Assembly (NCBI RefSeq): GCF_009914755.1
Contig: NC_060948.1
Origin: the human T2T-CHM13v2.0 reference genome, Homo sapiens
Strand: one strand, 5' to 3'
DNA: 64,000 nt
The notes below the pieces were generated by a model, which was given only the letters and a program-made list of their open reading frames with translations, made no database searches and was not told the DNA's origin. The position numbers and the translations under genes are program-made. Shown piece after piece: positions 29,521 through 43,319 of this stretch (its first letter is position 1; each line of letters starts with the position of its first letter).

Positions 29521-31503
29521 TTCCCAGTTTATTTTTAAGCCAAACAGTTTGAGGTTTGGGGAAATTGACTTTTCCCAGTCTGGGGGATGAATCTGTAGGG
29601 ATTCTGTAGCATGGGGACACAATTACTCATCTGCAAAGAGGAGAGAGGAGGAAAAAGGAAAAAGAAGGTTTTGTTTTTTTTTTTTCAAGGGAGTCCCAGT
29701 GATTCAGGATGTATCCAAGAGAAGTGCAGACTGAAGGTGGCTGGTTACTTACCTGGAAGGAGGGGAAAACGGCATCCCTTAGTTCCTGTGTGTTTCCAGT
29801 GAATACCTGGGGTACACGAGGGAGAGAAAGAAAAGGCGTCCCCTTTATTTCTTCTGTCTTTATATCCCTGAGTCCCAGTGACTCAGCAGGGTGCTTTCAC
29901 GCACGTGTAACAGGTAGGAATTATCCGCATTCACCTATCCATTGCCTATTTTTTCTGCTGTCTGTAACTTATCTATGCCATGGATGCTAGCATGACCTGT
30001 ATCCATAAAATGGGCAGTGGGGGTGGAGATTCCAATTGGCAGGAATTAGTCATGCTCACCTGCACTGTGCCCCTTGACTATTGTCTGCCGCTGGATCCCT
30101 CAGATCCATTTTCCTTTCTAGAGCTTCAGCCTGAAGCTTGGAGTTCAGTTTGGGACAAGCAACTTCCTTAGGAAGGGGCATGGTTTCATTAAGTCCAGGT
30201 TGCCCTCACCAGACTGCAGCCAGCAGCTGTGAGGGCTACTTCTTTGCCATCTTCTTATAAGCTGAATACTCAGGTATAGCTGTGCAACGGGTTTGTACTC
30301 AGACAATGGAGAGAAAGGGAGAATTGGGGATCTGGCCTAGTAAGATGCCTTCCAAAAGAAAACAAAACCTCTTGCATAGAAAAGCTCCCTGTATGTGGCA
30401 GAGAAAAGAAAAGAAAAAAAAAAAAAAACAGCTTACATTCAGGGCAGGGAAGGTGCTTGGGGTGGAAAAAGCCTCTTTATGCAAATAGATTCCTCGAGCA
30501 GGGAGAGAGACTTTTAACCTCTGCTTCCTGTTTTCCTCTAGGAACAGAAACTGCATTGTTCTGAATTACATACCTGATGGCTGGTCCAAATGCTCTTTCC
30601 ACCTAGTAATATGTTTGTAGTTTGCAACAACACTTGCAACATTGTAAAAGAGATAAGTACCATAACATCCCCGAAAAACAAGAAGACAAATGCCACAGGA
30701 AAAATGGGAATTGAATGAGGCCAACATTCCCTAACCCCAAGAGTGATGGGGGAGGGTCCTCTCCAGCATCCTGTCCTCTGTAGTTGCACCACTGTTCTTA
30801 ACTAGCTTACCAGAGGGTTGGTGCTTCATCTGCCTTCAGAAAAATGTCTGAGGACAAGAGTTCACAGAAAAAAAGTGAAATTTAGGTCCACATTTACTCA
30901 CCCTTCAGGTATCCTGAGTGAGCCCCCAAAATGATAGGATTTTTCTTCTCAGTCACTTCGTAAGCTGATGAACCCTGGCTGGTGATGCCCTGCTTGGGCC
31001 TTGCATGGCCATGCTGGCATGCCCCAGCTCACCTGTGTTATAGCTTGTACCCCTTTTTGGTGGTTCTAAAACTCTTGTCCTGCACCCATGAAGAATAAGG
31101 ATGTGCTAACAAAGTGAGCAAGGTGGGAAGTTTTATTGAGTCACGAACTAGTCAGGCAAACCTGAAAAGGGACGAGGGGTTTGTCCCCCTTCCCAAAGGC
31201 AGGAAGGTCCCTCTAATATGGCTGAGTCGGGCTTTTTATGGGCCTAGAATGGGGGAGGGGCAAGCCATAGGTAGTACTGGAAAAGTCAACATTCGATTGG
31301 TTAAAAGATACTATTCAGAAAGAATCAATCATAAATGAAACGGCAGGCAAAAAGGAACAGAGGTTCTCATTCTGGGTTGTGTTTCATACAGGACTAGCAG
31401 TCAGTCTTTCAGCCTGTGGCCTGTTTTTGGCTTTCAGGTGGGGTTTCACCAGGGACTTGCCCCTGTCTAGGCATTTGGCTGGCTTCTGTAGCTATCAGAC
31501 TGT

Positions 31504-32328
31504 TGAATAATTGAACTTTGTTTATTTCTCCATATTTTTGCAGTGGTAATTCCATTATAAAACCTAATGAAACAATGTTTTTATAGATGGTGTGGAAAGA
31601 CTTTTCTGGGCTCAGAGGTGAAACTGACCCTTGTGTATCAGCAGCATTTCTGACTGACTGAGAGAGTGTAGTGATTAACAGAGTTGTGATGTTAGTTAAG
31701 AAACTTAGATTTGCCATTGTAGCTTTTCTACCAATTAGCAGATTGTTTAACTCACTGAAATTGTAAAGTGGTAGACGTGGACTTAGTCATTACTGGGCAG
31801 CTTATGAATTGTATTCATTTACTCATGATGTAAAAATGGTTAGTCTCCACTTTTAAGGCTCTAGTTCTAGTGGCTAAATAGGTACTTATTTATACAGTAT
31901 GATAACTGCTGTATTAAAATACATGTCTCAAATGTGGAATAGTAGAAGAGGTGAAGAAAATCATAGTTTGAGGTAGAATACTGTTTGCTGGTCTTAAAAA
32001 CTGTGGTATTTTGGTGATTCCATAAATTAGGTCAGATACTTCCACTGGAGGGAAACAGTTTAAAGGATATATGTGATACTATTAATAGAATGAGGAAGAC
32101 ACACCAGATATTTAGGAGGGAATTAGCGAGCTTGAAACTAAGAGCTGGTTTGAATGAGACTGGGTCATAAGTGATTTCAAGTACCAGATTAAGGCACTGA
32201 GATTTTATTTTTAAGCACTGAAGTCAGATTTTTTCCTTTTAAAAGAAAGGATTCATGATGAAATCTGCTTTTTGTTTTGCAGAGAGCTTGGAGATAATTC
32301 TGGTGGCTGTGTGGAGTATGTGTTGGAG
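31504..32328 (+). other. USP9Y: USP9Y annotated first non-coding exon (5' end from recall); contains an internal acceptor giving a 46-nt exon 32283-32328
   Basis: consensus donor GAG|gtgagt at 32329; acceptor ctttttgttttgcag ending 32282; unique sequence; the start position cannot be seen in the sequence. Confidence 0.65.
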
Positions 32329-32437
32329 GTGAGTTGCTAGCTGAAGAATTAAAACAATAGTTTTAGCAGTTTGGGTAAGAGATGTTTACAGAAATGTTTT
32401 GTGGAATAAAACTGAACAGTCAGAGACCTATGAGATT
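31965..32437. other. Y-haplogroup marker M168 amplicon; SNP site at 32335 is T (derived)
   Basis: both recalled primer sites are present and give 473 bp; amplicon position 371 is T. Confidence 0.85.
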
Positions 32438-33342
32438 ACCATGGTCTGATAGAGGGGCAGCTAATACAATCTTTTCTTTTTTTGTCACTGAGTTAATTAC
32501 TAAGCTGGGGCAGGATATTTGTCTTTTACTTCATAAGAAAATAGCTCACAGTTTAACAGCTTAAAACAACAAACATATCTTTTCGTTTTTGTGGGTAGCA
32601 GTTATTTATCTGAAGGCTGGTATGTCCACTTCCACAATGGCTTACTCACATGATTGCTGACAGCAGGGCTGATTTCTTTGCTAGCAGTTGGCAAGAGGTA
32701 TGTCCTTGCTGTAAGGATATATCTGTAAGCCTGTTTCAGTGTTTGGGGCAAGCCTTGGCTATCAAGCTAAGGGTACCTATGTTGAGGCCTAGGGAATTAT
32801 CTATTGTAGCCTGCTTGGGAAAAATATTATGAGAAATTTTTGTTGTTCTGATTTGAACAGTAGAAGTGTGTAGTACTTGAGGTTCCTTGAGGGTATATTT
32901 AATATGGATTTTTCTGTCTGCAAAACAATATTGTGGAGATAGTGTTGAATCTGTAAATCACTTTGGGTAGTACTGATAACAGTAGTAAGTCTTGTAATAC
33001 CTGGACATTAGAGGTCTTTGCCTGTATTTCTGTCTTTAGTTATTTTTCCCTCCACAATAAATTTTTGTTTTTAGTATAAGTCATTGGTCTCCTTGATTAA
33101 ATTCTATAGATTTTTCTACATGTAATATCATGTCATCTCTGAATAGGCACAGTTTTACTCCCTTCTTTCTGATTTGGATGCCATTTTATATCTATCTCTT
33201 CTTTCTTTGCTCTGACTAGGACTCTCCATACTAAGTTGAATTAGAGGGGTCCTTGTCTTGTTCCAGATCTTAGAGAAAGGCTTTGCGCCTTTTCCCATTT
33301 GGTATGAAGTTAGGTCTTGCACTCCTCTTTGTCTTATATGAC

Positions 33343-33539
33343 TTTTTTTTTTGACAGAGTCTTGCTCTGTCACCCAGGCTGGAGTGCAGTGGCGCAATCT
33401 TGGCCCACTGCAAGCTCTGCCTTCCAGGTTCACGCCATTATCCTGCCTCAGCCTCCTGAGGAGCTGGGACTACAGGCACCTGCCACCATGCTTGGCTAAT
33501 TTTTTAAATTTTTTTAATAGAGATGGGATTTTAACATGT
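33343..33539 (-). mobile_element. AluY-like, 5' truncated; inverted 5' piece at 33540-33544 and 34405-34433
   Basis: TSD TATATGAC-TTTTTT on both outer sides. Confidence 0.85.
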
Positions 33540-33544
33540 GAGGT

Positions 33545-34404
33545 TGTGTCCAGAATTTATTCCTTCTTGTGGGTTCTTGGTCTCGCTGACTTCAAGAAGG
33601 AAGCTGCGGACCCTCGCGGTGAGTGTTATAGCTCTTAAAGATGGTGTTCGGAGTTTGTTCCTTCAGATTTTCAGATGTGTCTGGAGTTTCTTCCTTCCAG
33701 TGGGTTCATGGTCTCTCTGACTTTAGGAGTTAAGCTGTAGGCCTTCGCAGTGAGCATTACAGCTCTTAAAGGTGGCGGGTCTGGAGTTGTTTATTCCTCC
33801 CAGTGGGTTCGTGGTCTCACTGACTTCAGGATGGAAGCCGCAGACCCTCATGGTGAGTGTTACAGCTTATAAAGGTAGTGTGGACCCAAAGAGTGAGTGG
33901 CAGCAAGATTTATTGTGAAGAGCGAAAGAACAAAGCTTCCACAGCATGAAAAGGGACCTGAGCAGGTTGCTGCTGCTGGCTGGGTGTAGCCAGCTTTTAT
34001 TCCCTTATTTGTCCCTGCCCATGTCCTGCTGATTGGTTCATTTTACGGAGTGCTGATTGATCCATTTGACAGAGTGCTGATTGGTCTGTTTACAATCCTT
34101 TAGCTAGATACAGAGCGCTGATTGGTGCGTTTTACAGAGTGCTCATTGGTGCGTTTACAATCCTCTAGCTAGACACAGAGCAGTGATTGGTATGTTTTTA
34201 CAGAGTGCTGATTGGTACATTTACAATCCTCTAGCAAGACACAGAGTGCTCATTGGTGCATTTTTATAGAGTGCTGATTGGTGCATTTACAATCCTTTAG
34301 CTAGACACAGAGTGCTGAATAGTGCATTTACAATCTTCTAGCTAGACAGAAAAGTTCTCCAAGTCCCCATTCGACCCAGGAAGTACAGCCGGCTTCACCT
34401 TTCA
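33545..34404 (-). mobile_element. LTR12 (ERV9) solo LTR with a tandem CCAAT array
   Basis: TG...CA ends; 4-bp TSD AGGT at 33541 and 34405; repeated GCTGATTGGTGCATTTACAATC units at 34025-34340. Confidence 0.93.
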
Positions 34405-37383
34405 AGGTCAGGAGCTCGAGACCATCCTGGCTATATGACCTTTTTTTACGTTCTGTTTTGTTGAATGGTAATACAAGGTTGTTGAATTTAGTTAAATATT
34501 TTTTTCTACATCAAGATAAAGATCATGTGGTTTTTCTCCTTTTTTTGGTGATAGGGTATATTACATTGATTGGTATTCATGTATTGAACCAACTTTGCAT
34601 TGCAAAAATCCCATCTGATTATAATTTTTTCATGATACTGCTAAATTTGGTTTGCTAGTGTTTTGTTGAAGATTTTTGCATTTATATTTATCAGAAACAT
34701 TGGTCTGTAGTTTCTTTTTAGTAGAAAAGAAAGTGGAAAAGAAAACACTCACAGATTTAGTCTAAGAGGCCTGCATTACCTTTATTCCAAAGTCAATTTG
34801 TGAGTGTTTTCTTTATTTTTCAGGAAGACTTTCAGGATTTGTGATACGTATTCTTTAGATGTTTGTGTAATTCTTCAGTGAAGTCATGTGATCACAGACT
34901 TGTTGGTTGGAAAGTTTTTAATTAATGATTCAGCCTCCTTACTAGTTATAAATCTGTTCAGATTTTCTAATCCTTCATTATCTAGTCTTGGTACATTGTG
35001 TGTTTTTAGCAACTTACATTCATTTTTTGTAGCTTATCTAATTTAATGACATATAGTTGTTCAAAGTATTTTCTTAGACTCTTTTTTTCTGTTTGCATTG
35101 GTTGTATATCCCTTCTTTCAGCCTTGGTTTTAGTTATTTGAGGTTTTATTTTTTCCTCTTTATGTAAGTAGTGGTGTCAGTTGTGTTTATCTTTCAAACA
35201 GCCTCCTTTTGATTTGGTTGATCTTTTTTTTCTATTCTGTATTTTATTTATCTCTGCTATGATCTTTCTTCAGTTAGCTTCAGGTTTAGTTCTTTTTCTC
35301 CCTTAAGATTATAGTTGGGTTGTTAATTTCAGATTTAAGGCCAGCATTTTACAGGTATTAAACTTATAAACTTTAAAACTATGAACTTTTCCTCTAGCAT
35401 TGCTTTTGCTGTGTCCCATCAGTTTTGGTATGTTTTATTTTTAGTTTTTCTCGATATATTTTCTAATTGTCATTTTAATGTTTTCTGACCCATTGGCTCA
35501 GAATGTTTTGTTAAATTTTCACACATTTGTGGATTTCCAGTTTTCTTTCTGCTGTTGATTCTATTTTCATCCCATTGTTTTCTGAAAAGATACCTTATGT
35601 TGTTTCTGTTATTTTAATCTTATTAATACTTGATTTGATATGAGGTTTGTCTTGGGGAATGTGCCATATACACTTGAAAAGAATGTGTACTCTACTGTTG
35701 TTGGGTTAGTGTTCAGCATATGTCTAATTGTTTTATTGTTGAAATCCTCTATTTCCTTGTTGATTTTTTTTTTTTGTCTGGTTGGGTAGAAAGTGAGTTA
35801 GGGAAATTTTGTACTATTATTTTGTTGCTATCTATTTTTTCCTTTAATCTGTTAATATTGCTTTATATATTTTAGAGCTCTGCTTTTTGTTGCATATTTA
35901 CAGTTTTTTACCTTCCTAATGAATTACCTTTTTATGATTGTGTCTTTCCCTGTCTCTTGTGGAATTTTTTTATTTAGTCTATTTTGTGTGATATTAATAT
36001 AACAAACTCTGCTCTCATGTGGTTATTATATGCATGAAATATCCTTCTCCATTTTTTCACTTTGAAGCTATGGTTATTCTTTGATCACATAGTCTACTGT
36101 AGGACTCTTGTGAGTCTCTTATAGGGAAGGATAAGGTTGAACTTGCTTTTTTATCCTTGCAGCTCATCTATGTGTTTGATTGGAGAATCCATTTACACTT
36201 AAAGTATTTACTGAAAGGAAAGTATTAACTATTGTCAGTTAGTTACTTTTGCCTCGTATTTCTTGTGGATTTTTGCTTATTTTCTCTTTTACTGCCTTTT
36301 GTGTTTTGTTTATTTATTTTTTGGTAGCGATAAGTAGTTTCATTCTGTTTTCATTTTCATTGGTATATATTCTGTATTTTGTTTCTGGTTATAACTGCAA
36401 TAGGATCTTGTGACCTGTAGAGAGTTTACATAGTAAATTGATGTTGGACTATGCTTCATCTCTCTCCTCCCTAAAAAAAAATGCACTCCACAGAAAGCTT
36501 GCATATGCTTTTAGAGCAATTGGTTATTAATTCCTAAGTCATTCATAGATCTTACACCATCCTCACTTAAAGCAGCTTGTATACAAGGCAATCGATGAGG
36601 AAAAGGAAAGACATTGCCATTTTTTCAAGAATTTTCTGGAAGAAGAAGTTCAGATATTGGGTGGCTTTCAGTAGGGGAGCCTTGAACATATTTTATAGGC
36701 TAAGAAAAGTGAATCCAGGAAGAAACTGAGAAAAATTGAGAGAAGATTAGAGCAAGGTTTTTTTCATAAGTGGGGCATATATGTGGGATCAGGAGCCCCC
36801 AGGTAAGGGACAAAAGGAACAGACATGAGCAAGTTTGAAGTAGTGTTTAGTGAAGTGGCTGGTTTCTTTCTTACTTGCAGGAAAAACTTATTAAGTCATT
36901 TTTATTAGCAGCAGAACTAAAATAGAAAATGGGAGGGAGGGAGTTTTTTTAGTTTGTTTGTTTTAAAACCTATTTCATATAAAACATTTTGAATGAGAAT
37001 TTTTATGTATCAAAAAACAATGAAAGAGAAGACTATATGATAAGATGACCATATAGAGGTAGATTTATGTGTGTATATACTTCACGTTTGGTTTTTGTCC
37101 ATTTTCTTTTCAATCCTGCCCTTATGGAATAATATTAATTTGTAACTTGGTTTTCAATTTTATTTATTAAAGAACAATCTATGTCTGACTTAAATGTTTA
37201 GTTACCAGTCTTTAGTTTTTTTTTGATGAATATGGTCAGGAAAAACAGAATAGTATTGCATTGTTATAACGTTTTGTCTTGATTATTAATGAGATTGAAA
37301 GGGTATGTGTGTAGCGGTTTAATCATGGCAGACTTCCTATGTTAGAATCCCTTTTTCCACTAAGTACTGATTTGAGCAATTAA

Positions 37384-37693
<310 letters not shown>

Positions 37694-38010
37694 CAGCAAT
37701 TTACTTTTTTTTACTCTCTGTTTCTACTTACCTGTGAAGGTGGTTAATAACAACTACTAAATGGATTTGCTGAGTGAAATTAAGTGTTTCACATAGTGTC
37801 TGACTTCTAAAAAGTGCTGTTCTTAAATTTGTTATACACATATGTATTGGTCATGTGTGGTTTTTTGTTTATTTGATTTGTTTTACTTTAGTTTTTTATA
37901 TACTGTGCCTTACTCTGTTTCTCTCTCTCTCTTTTTTCTTGGCAGTGTGTTTTGGACACATAGATATCACTGATTATTCTTTTCTACCTTGCTTTGATTT
38001 CAAGTTTTAA

Positions 38011-38321
<311 letters not shown>

Positions 38322-38339
38322 TTAATTTTTATGGAAACA

Positions 38340-38515
38340 AACCTAGTTCTCAATCAGTGACACATCAGATTAAGCTTGGAGATTTTAAAGAAGTGCTGAT
38401 TATTAGGTCTCAGATGTTTTGCTGTTTGGTCTAGGCTGGAACTTGGACATTAGCAGTCCTCTAGAAGTACTTCAGGAAATGCTAATTTGCAATTTAGTAT
38501 GAAAACCACTGGACT
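38340..38515. mobile_element. MER5A-like DNA transposon
   Basis: GTTCTCAA...GAAAACCACTG termini and internal MER5 motifs. Confidence 0.6.
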
Positions 38516-38910
38516 AATGAATATGGAATGTAAAGGATTTGGTGGCGTTTTCCCATACTCCTATCAGATTGCAGTGAACCCTAACCAGTAAATTTCTGTG
38601 TCCTCTAGTCCTGTTAAGATTCTTTGAATATACTGTTGATTCTCCTGAAGGACTATTAAAAAGGACCTTGGGAAAAAAGACTTGTCAAAGTGGAAACGTG
38701 AGCTCACTTGACAGATTTGATGGTTTTGGAGAAATATGGTATAATTTAAACCCTTTCCAAAGAAGTTACCCGAAAGTTTTAAATTTTATATTTAAATCAC
38801 TTAAAAAATTATCTTAAAAGCCATTTATAACGCTCTGATACAATGATGTGTTGACTGTGCATTGTCTTGAATTCTTTGTAAAAATCTAATACTAGTTTCC
38901 TTATGTTTAG

Positions 38911-38970
38911 GTATTAAATTTTCACAGTATATATAAGGCAGCAATTGATAGGCCTTTCACAGATTCTTCT
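38911..38970 (+). other. USP9Y: USP9Y non-coding 5'UTR exon (60 nt)
   Basis: tttccttatgtttag|G acceptor and TCT|gtaagt donor; agrees with my recollection of the RefSeq exon 2 size. Confidence 0.8.
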
Positions 38971-39180
38971 GTAAGTTAAAAATGACAACCAAGAAGCTTA
39001 CTTATTTTTCTGGAATGTTATATAATATATGGCATGTTTCCTGGCATAACTGCTTGTACAATAGTGTGAATTTCTTAAGGGAAGTAAAACTGTAAATACA
39101 CATTTAGCTTTTTATTTCTCTCATTTTTATAATCCTCTGTTATTAACTGTAAAGACTGGTGATTTTAGTGTACATATTAA

Positions 39181-39504
<324 letters not shown>

Positions 39505-39664
39505 TCTTACTGGTCTTTTTAATATGTAAGACAGTGGTACCTTTTTTCCTTTTAGGTTATGAAATGGTCTCTGCAAGATGTTTTGTCCTTGAATTGGAAA
39601 TTTTTAAGGCTGATATATGCTGGTACTTCATCTTCTATATGTGGACTATAATTTCTTCCCTTAG

Positions 39665-39724
39665 GATAACTACATAAAGAGACAAAAAAAAGAAAAAAGA
39701 GCAAAGATCTGTGCTGTGTCAAGT
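39665..39724 (+). other. USP9Y: 5'UTR part of the USP9Y start-codon exon (alternative upstream acceptor at 39556)
   Basis: tttcttcccttag|G acceptor before 39665; a second acceptor cttttttccttttag|G before 39556. Confidence 0.8.
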
Positions 39725-39820
39725 ATGACAGCCATCACTCATGGCTCTCCAGTAGGAGGGAACGACAGCCAGGGCCAGGTTCTTGATGGCCAGTCTCAGC
39801 ATCTCTTCCAACAGAACCAG
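39725..39820 (+). CDS. USP9Y: USP9Y first coding exon, aa 1-32 ([32 protein letters not shown])
   Basis: ATG at 39725 with A at -3; peptide matches the USP9Y N-terminus as I know it (USP9X begins MTATTRGSP); donor CAG|gtagga; 96 nt, phase 0. Confidence 0.97.
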
Positions 39821-39946
39821 GTAGGAGTAAGACTGTGTTGTTTTGAGTACTGTGAAATACAAAATTGTGAAACATGTCCTGAATGATTTGTAAAGTAATC
39901 ATAAAATATGTGGTTATTTTAAGTTACACGTGAAAAAAGTGACTGT

Positions 39947-40259
<313 letters not shown>

Positions 40260-41178
40260 TTAGTGAAAGGAAACCTTGATTACTGTACATGGTTGAGAAT
40301 GTAGCCCTGTGTTTTTCTGTATCTAAGGTCCCATGTGAATCTGAGGGCAAAAGTATTAAATTAGTCCCTGTAACCTTAGTTATAAGCACAGACTTCAGGC
40401 AGCTATTTATATTCAAACCCCACTTTATAAGATTATCTTATGACTCTAACTGCTATAATACCTAAGCCTCAGTTTTCATATCTATAAAACAAGGATAAGT
40501 GAAATAATATTTCTAAAAGGTTTAACATAGATTTAATATCAAAGTTCTGTGCTGACCTATTTGGAAATAATTACTTCTTTTACTATACTGTTAGATTTTT
40601 TTGTAAGATACATGAAGCTTCTAATGTTAGTAATTTGCCTTTACTTTTTCTTGGCTTTTTTCCTAGGGTGATTCATTAATTGCATTGAGCTAATGTTTTC
40701 AGGGTTTTGGCTTTTTAATTCCCATTTGTGTGTTTTTTTTTCCTTTTTCTAAGATTCATTCTTTTGCTTTCTTTAGGTTTTGTTTGCTGTTCATTTTCTA
40801 GTTCCTTGAAGTAGTATTTTGTTGATATTTGGATTTATGTTTATGATATATTGGTCTAGTTTTCGTGCAATATATTTGGTTGTTGATGTGAGGGTAATGC
40901 TGACCTCATAGAATGGCCTAGAAAGAAAGTATTCCCTTTGCTTCCATCTGGTGGAAAAAAACGGTAGAGAATTGATATATTTGAGAGAATTTACCACTGA
41001 GCCTTTCTGGGCATTGTGCTTTCTGTTTCAGAAGATTGTTATTTATTGACTGTTTATTTAGAAAATATTGCCAATTCAAATGATCTGTTTCTTTTCTGAG
41101 TTTTGGCAGATTATGTCTTTAAAGGAATTTCTGGTAGGTGTAGAGCTGTTCATAGTATTCCTTTATTATCCTTCAATG

Positions 41179-41519
41179 CAGCAGCCCCAACCCTTTTAGG
41201 ACCAGCAACTGCTTTTGTGGAAGACAATTTTTCCATCGATGGGGGGATGTAAAATGGTTTTGGGATGAAACTGTTCCACCTCAGAACATCAGGCATTAGT
41301 TAGATTCTCATAAGGAGCATGCACCCTAGATCCCTCACATTGATTCAGTTTACAATAGGGTTCAGGCTCCTGTGACATTCTAATGTGTCTGCTCATGTGG
41401 CAGGAGTTGGGGCTCAGGTGCTAATGCTGGCTCACCTGACACTCACCTTCTGCTGTGCAGCCTGGTTCTTAACAGGACACGGACTGGTACCGTCTGTGAC
41501 CTGAGGCTTGGGGATCCCT
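41179..41519. mobile_element. MER1B-like hAT-Charlie element
   Basis: GGAAGACAATTTTTCCA...GGGATGAAACTGTTCCACCTCAGAACATCAGGCATTAGTTAGATTCTCATAAGGAGC. Confidence 0.85.
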
Positions 41520-41919
41520 TAATGAGTATGGCATCTGTATTATATGTCCCTTGTTTCAATTCTGTAATTAATAATTTGTGTCTTCTTTTTTCTTAGTCTG
41601 GCTAGAGGTTTATTGATGTTTTCAAAGAACCAGTGTGTATGGTTTTGCTGATTTTTCTGTTAATTTCTTGTCATTTTCATTCCTGCTGTAGTTTTTTTCT
41701 GCTTACTTTGGAATTTGTACTTCTTGATAGTTTTTTTTTTTTAATGGAAGCTTTGATTATTGATTTAAGAGTTTCTTTTTAATATATGCATTCAATGGTA
41801 TAAATTTTTGTCTTAGTTGTGCTTTTGCTGTATTCCACAAATTTTAAGTTGGATTTTCACTTTGTACAAATTTTATTTTTATTTCTCTTGAGCTTTCTTT
41901 CTCTCTGTCTTTTATTTTT

Positions 41920-42202
41920 CTGTTTTAGACTGAGTCTTGCTGTGTTACCCAGGCTGCAGTGCAGTGGCTTGATCTTGGCTTACTGAAACCGCTGCCTGCT
42001 GGGTTCAAGCAATTCTCCTGCCTCAGCCTCCTGAATAGCTGGGATCACAGGTGTGCGACACCACACCTAATTTTTGTATTTTTAGTAGAGATGGGGTTTC
42101 ACCATGTTGGTCAGGCTGTTCTCGAACTCCTGACCCTTGTGATCCACCTGCCTCAGCCTCCCAAAGTGCTGGGATTACAGGCATGAGCCACTGTGACCAG
42201 CC
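41920..42202 (-). mobile_element. AluS
   Basis: Alu consensus. Confidence 0.88.
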
Positions 42203-43319
42203 CTTTCTCTTTCTTTCTAAATAACTCACGTTATTTAGAAGTGTGTTAGTAACGAAATATTTTAGGATTTTACAACTGTCTTTTAGTGAGTTCTGGTTTA
42301 ATGCTATTGTGGCCTGAAAGCATGTGTTTTATTATTTTTATTTTAAATTTATTAAGGTGAGCTTTATGGCCACTGGGCGGGTTATCTTGGTGAATGTTCC
42401 CAGTGCACTTAGGAAGAAGGTATACTCACTGTTGTGGGGGAAATAATCTAGAGATATCAGTTAGATCCAGTTGATGGATGACGCTGTTTAGTTTTTTATG
42501 TTTCTACTGATATAGTCTGCTGAATCTGTCCATTTCTCATGGAAAAGTGTTGAACTCTCAAACTATCTTAATGGATCAATCTAGTCCTGCTTGCATTTAT
42601 ATCACTTTTTGCCTCACATATTATGGGGCCATATTGTTAGGAGCATATACATTAAAGATATTTCCAGCTTTTTGAATTGACCACATATATAATGTTGTTG
42701 TTTATTCCTGATAATTTTCCTTCACTGAAGTTCACTTTGTGAAGTTAGTATAGCTAATTTTCCTTTGTTTTGATTAGTATTAGCTTGGTATGTTTTTCTT
42801 CATTCCTTTAATTCTAATCTACATCTTTATATTTAAAGTGGGTTTCCTATGGACAGCATATAGTTGACTTTTGTTTTTTGATCTACTCTGATAATCTTTT
42901 AATAGGTATATTTAGGCCATTGATATTGAAGGTGATTATTGATATAGTTGTGTTAGTAACTACACTATTTGTTATTATTCTCCATTTGTTACCCTTATTG
43001 TTTGTTACTGTGTCCATTTTTTCTGCCTTTTGTGGTTGTAATTGAACATTCTATATATTTTTTTCTTTTCTAAGCTTATTAATCATAGGCTTTTATTTTT
43101 TATTTTTAAATTTTTTAGTGATTGCCCTAGAATTTGCAATATGCATTTATACCAAATCCGTAAGTCCACTTTCCAAAGTGGAGTACATGTACTATCATAA
43201 CAAAATATCTGTAATTGTTTCCTCCTGTTCTTGTATCATTGCTGTCTTTCATTTCATTTTTACGTAAGCTGTAATCATTGAATACGTTGTTGTTAATGCT
43301 ATTTTAATTTATTTTATTA

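Larger units (their letters stand above)
23614..31497 (-). mobile_element. Decayed ERV1 provirus (LTR9/MER61/HUERS-P3 group): 3' LTR ~23614-24162, 5' LTR 30932-31497
   Basis: two related LTRs; tRNA-Pro-type PBS on the minus strand at 30911-30928 (14/18 to TGGGGGCTCGTCCGGGAT); purine tract at 24163-24174; no TSD recognised. Confidence 0.75.
32930..36400 (-). mobile_element. Old L1 (L1M-type) ORF2-derived fragments, interrupted by an Alu and LTR12
   Basis: antisense L1 phrases (GTTGAATCTGTAAATCACTTTGGGTAG, TTTCTGATTTGGATGCC, GAAAAGAATGTGTACTCT). Confidence 0.8.

Noticed and set aside
23614-31497. Target-site duplication for the third provirus
   Set aside because: Flanks (ATAG versus GACT) do not match, so a single clean integration is not claimed
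34025-34340. Repeat-spacer-like array superficially resembling CRISPR
   Set aside because: It is the normal LTR12 U3 tandem CCAAT array; the intervening units are themselves repeated and the DNA is human
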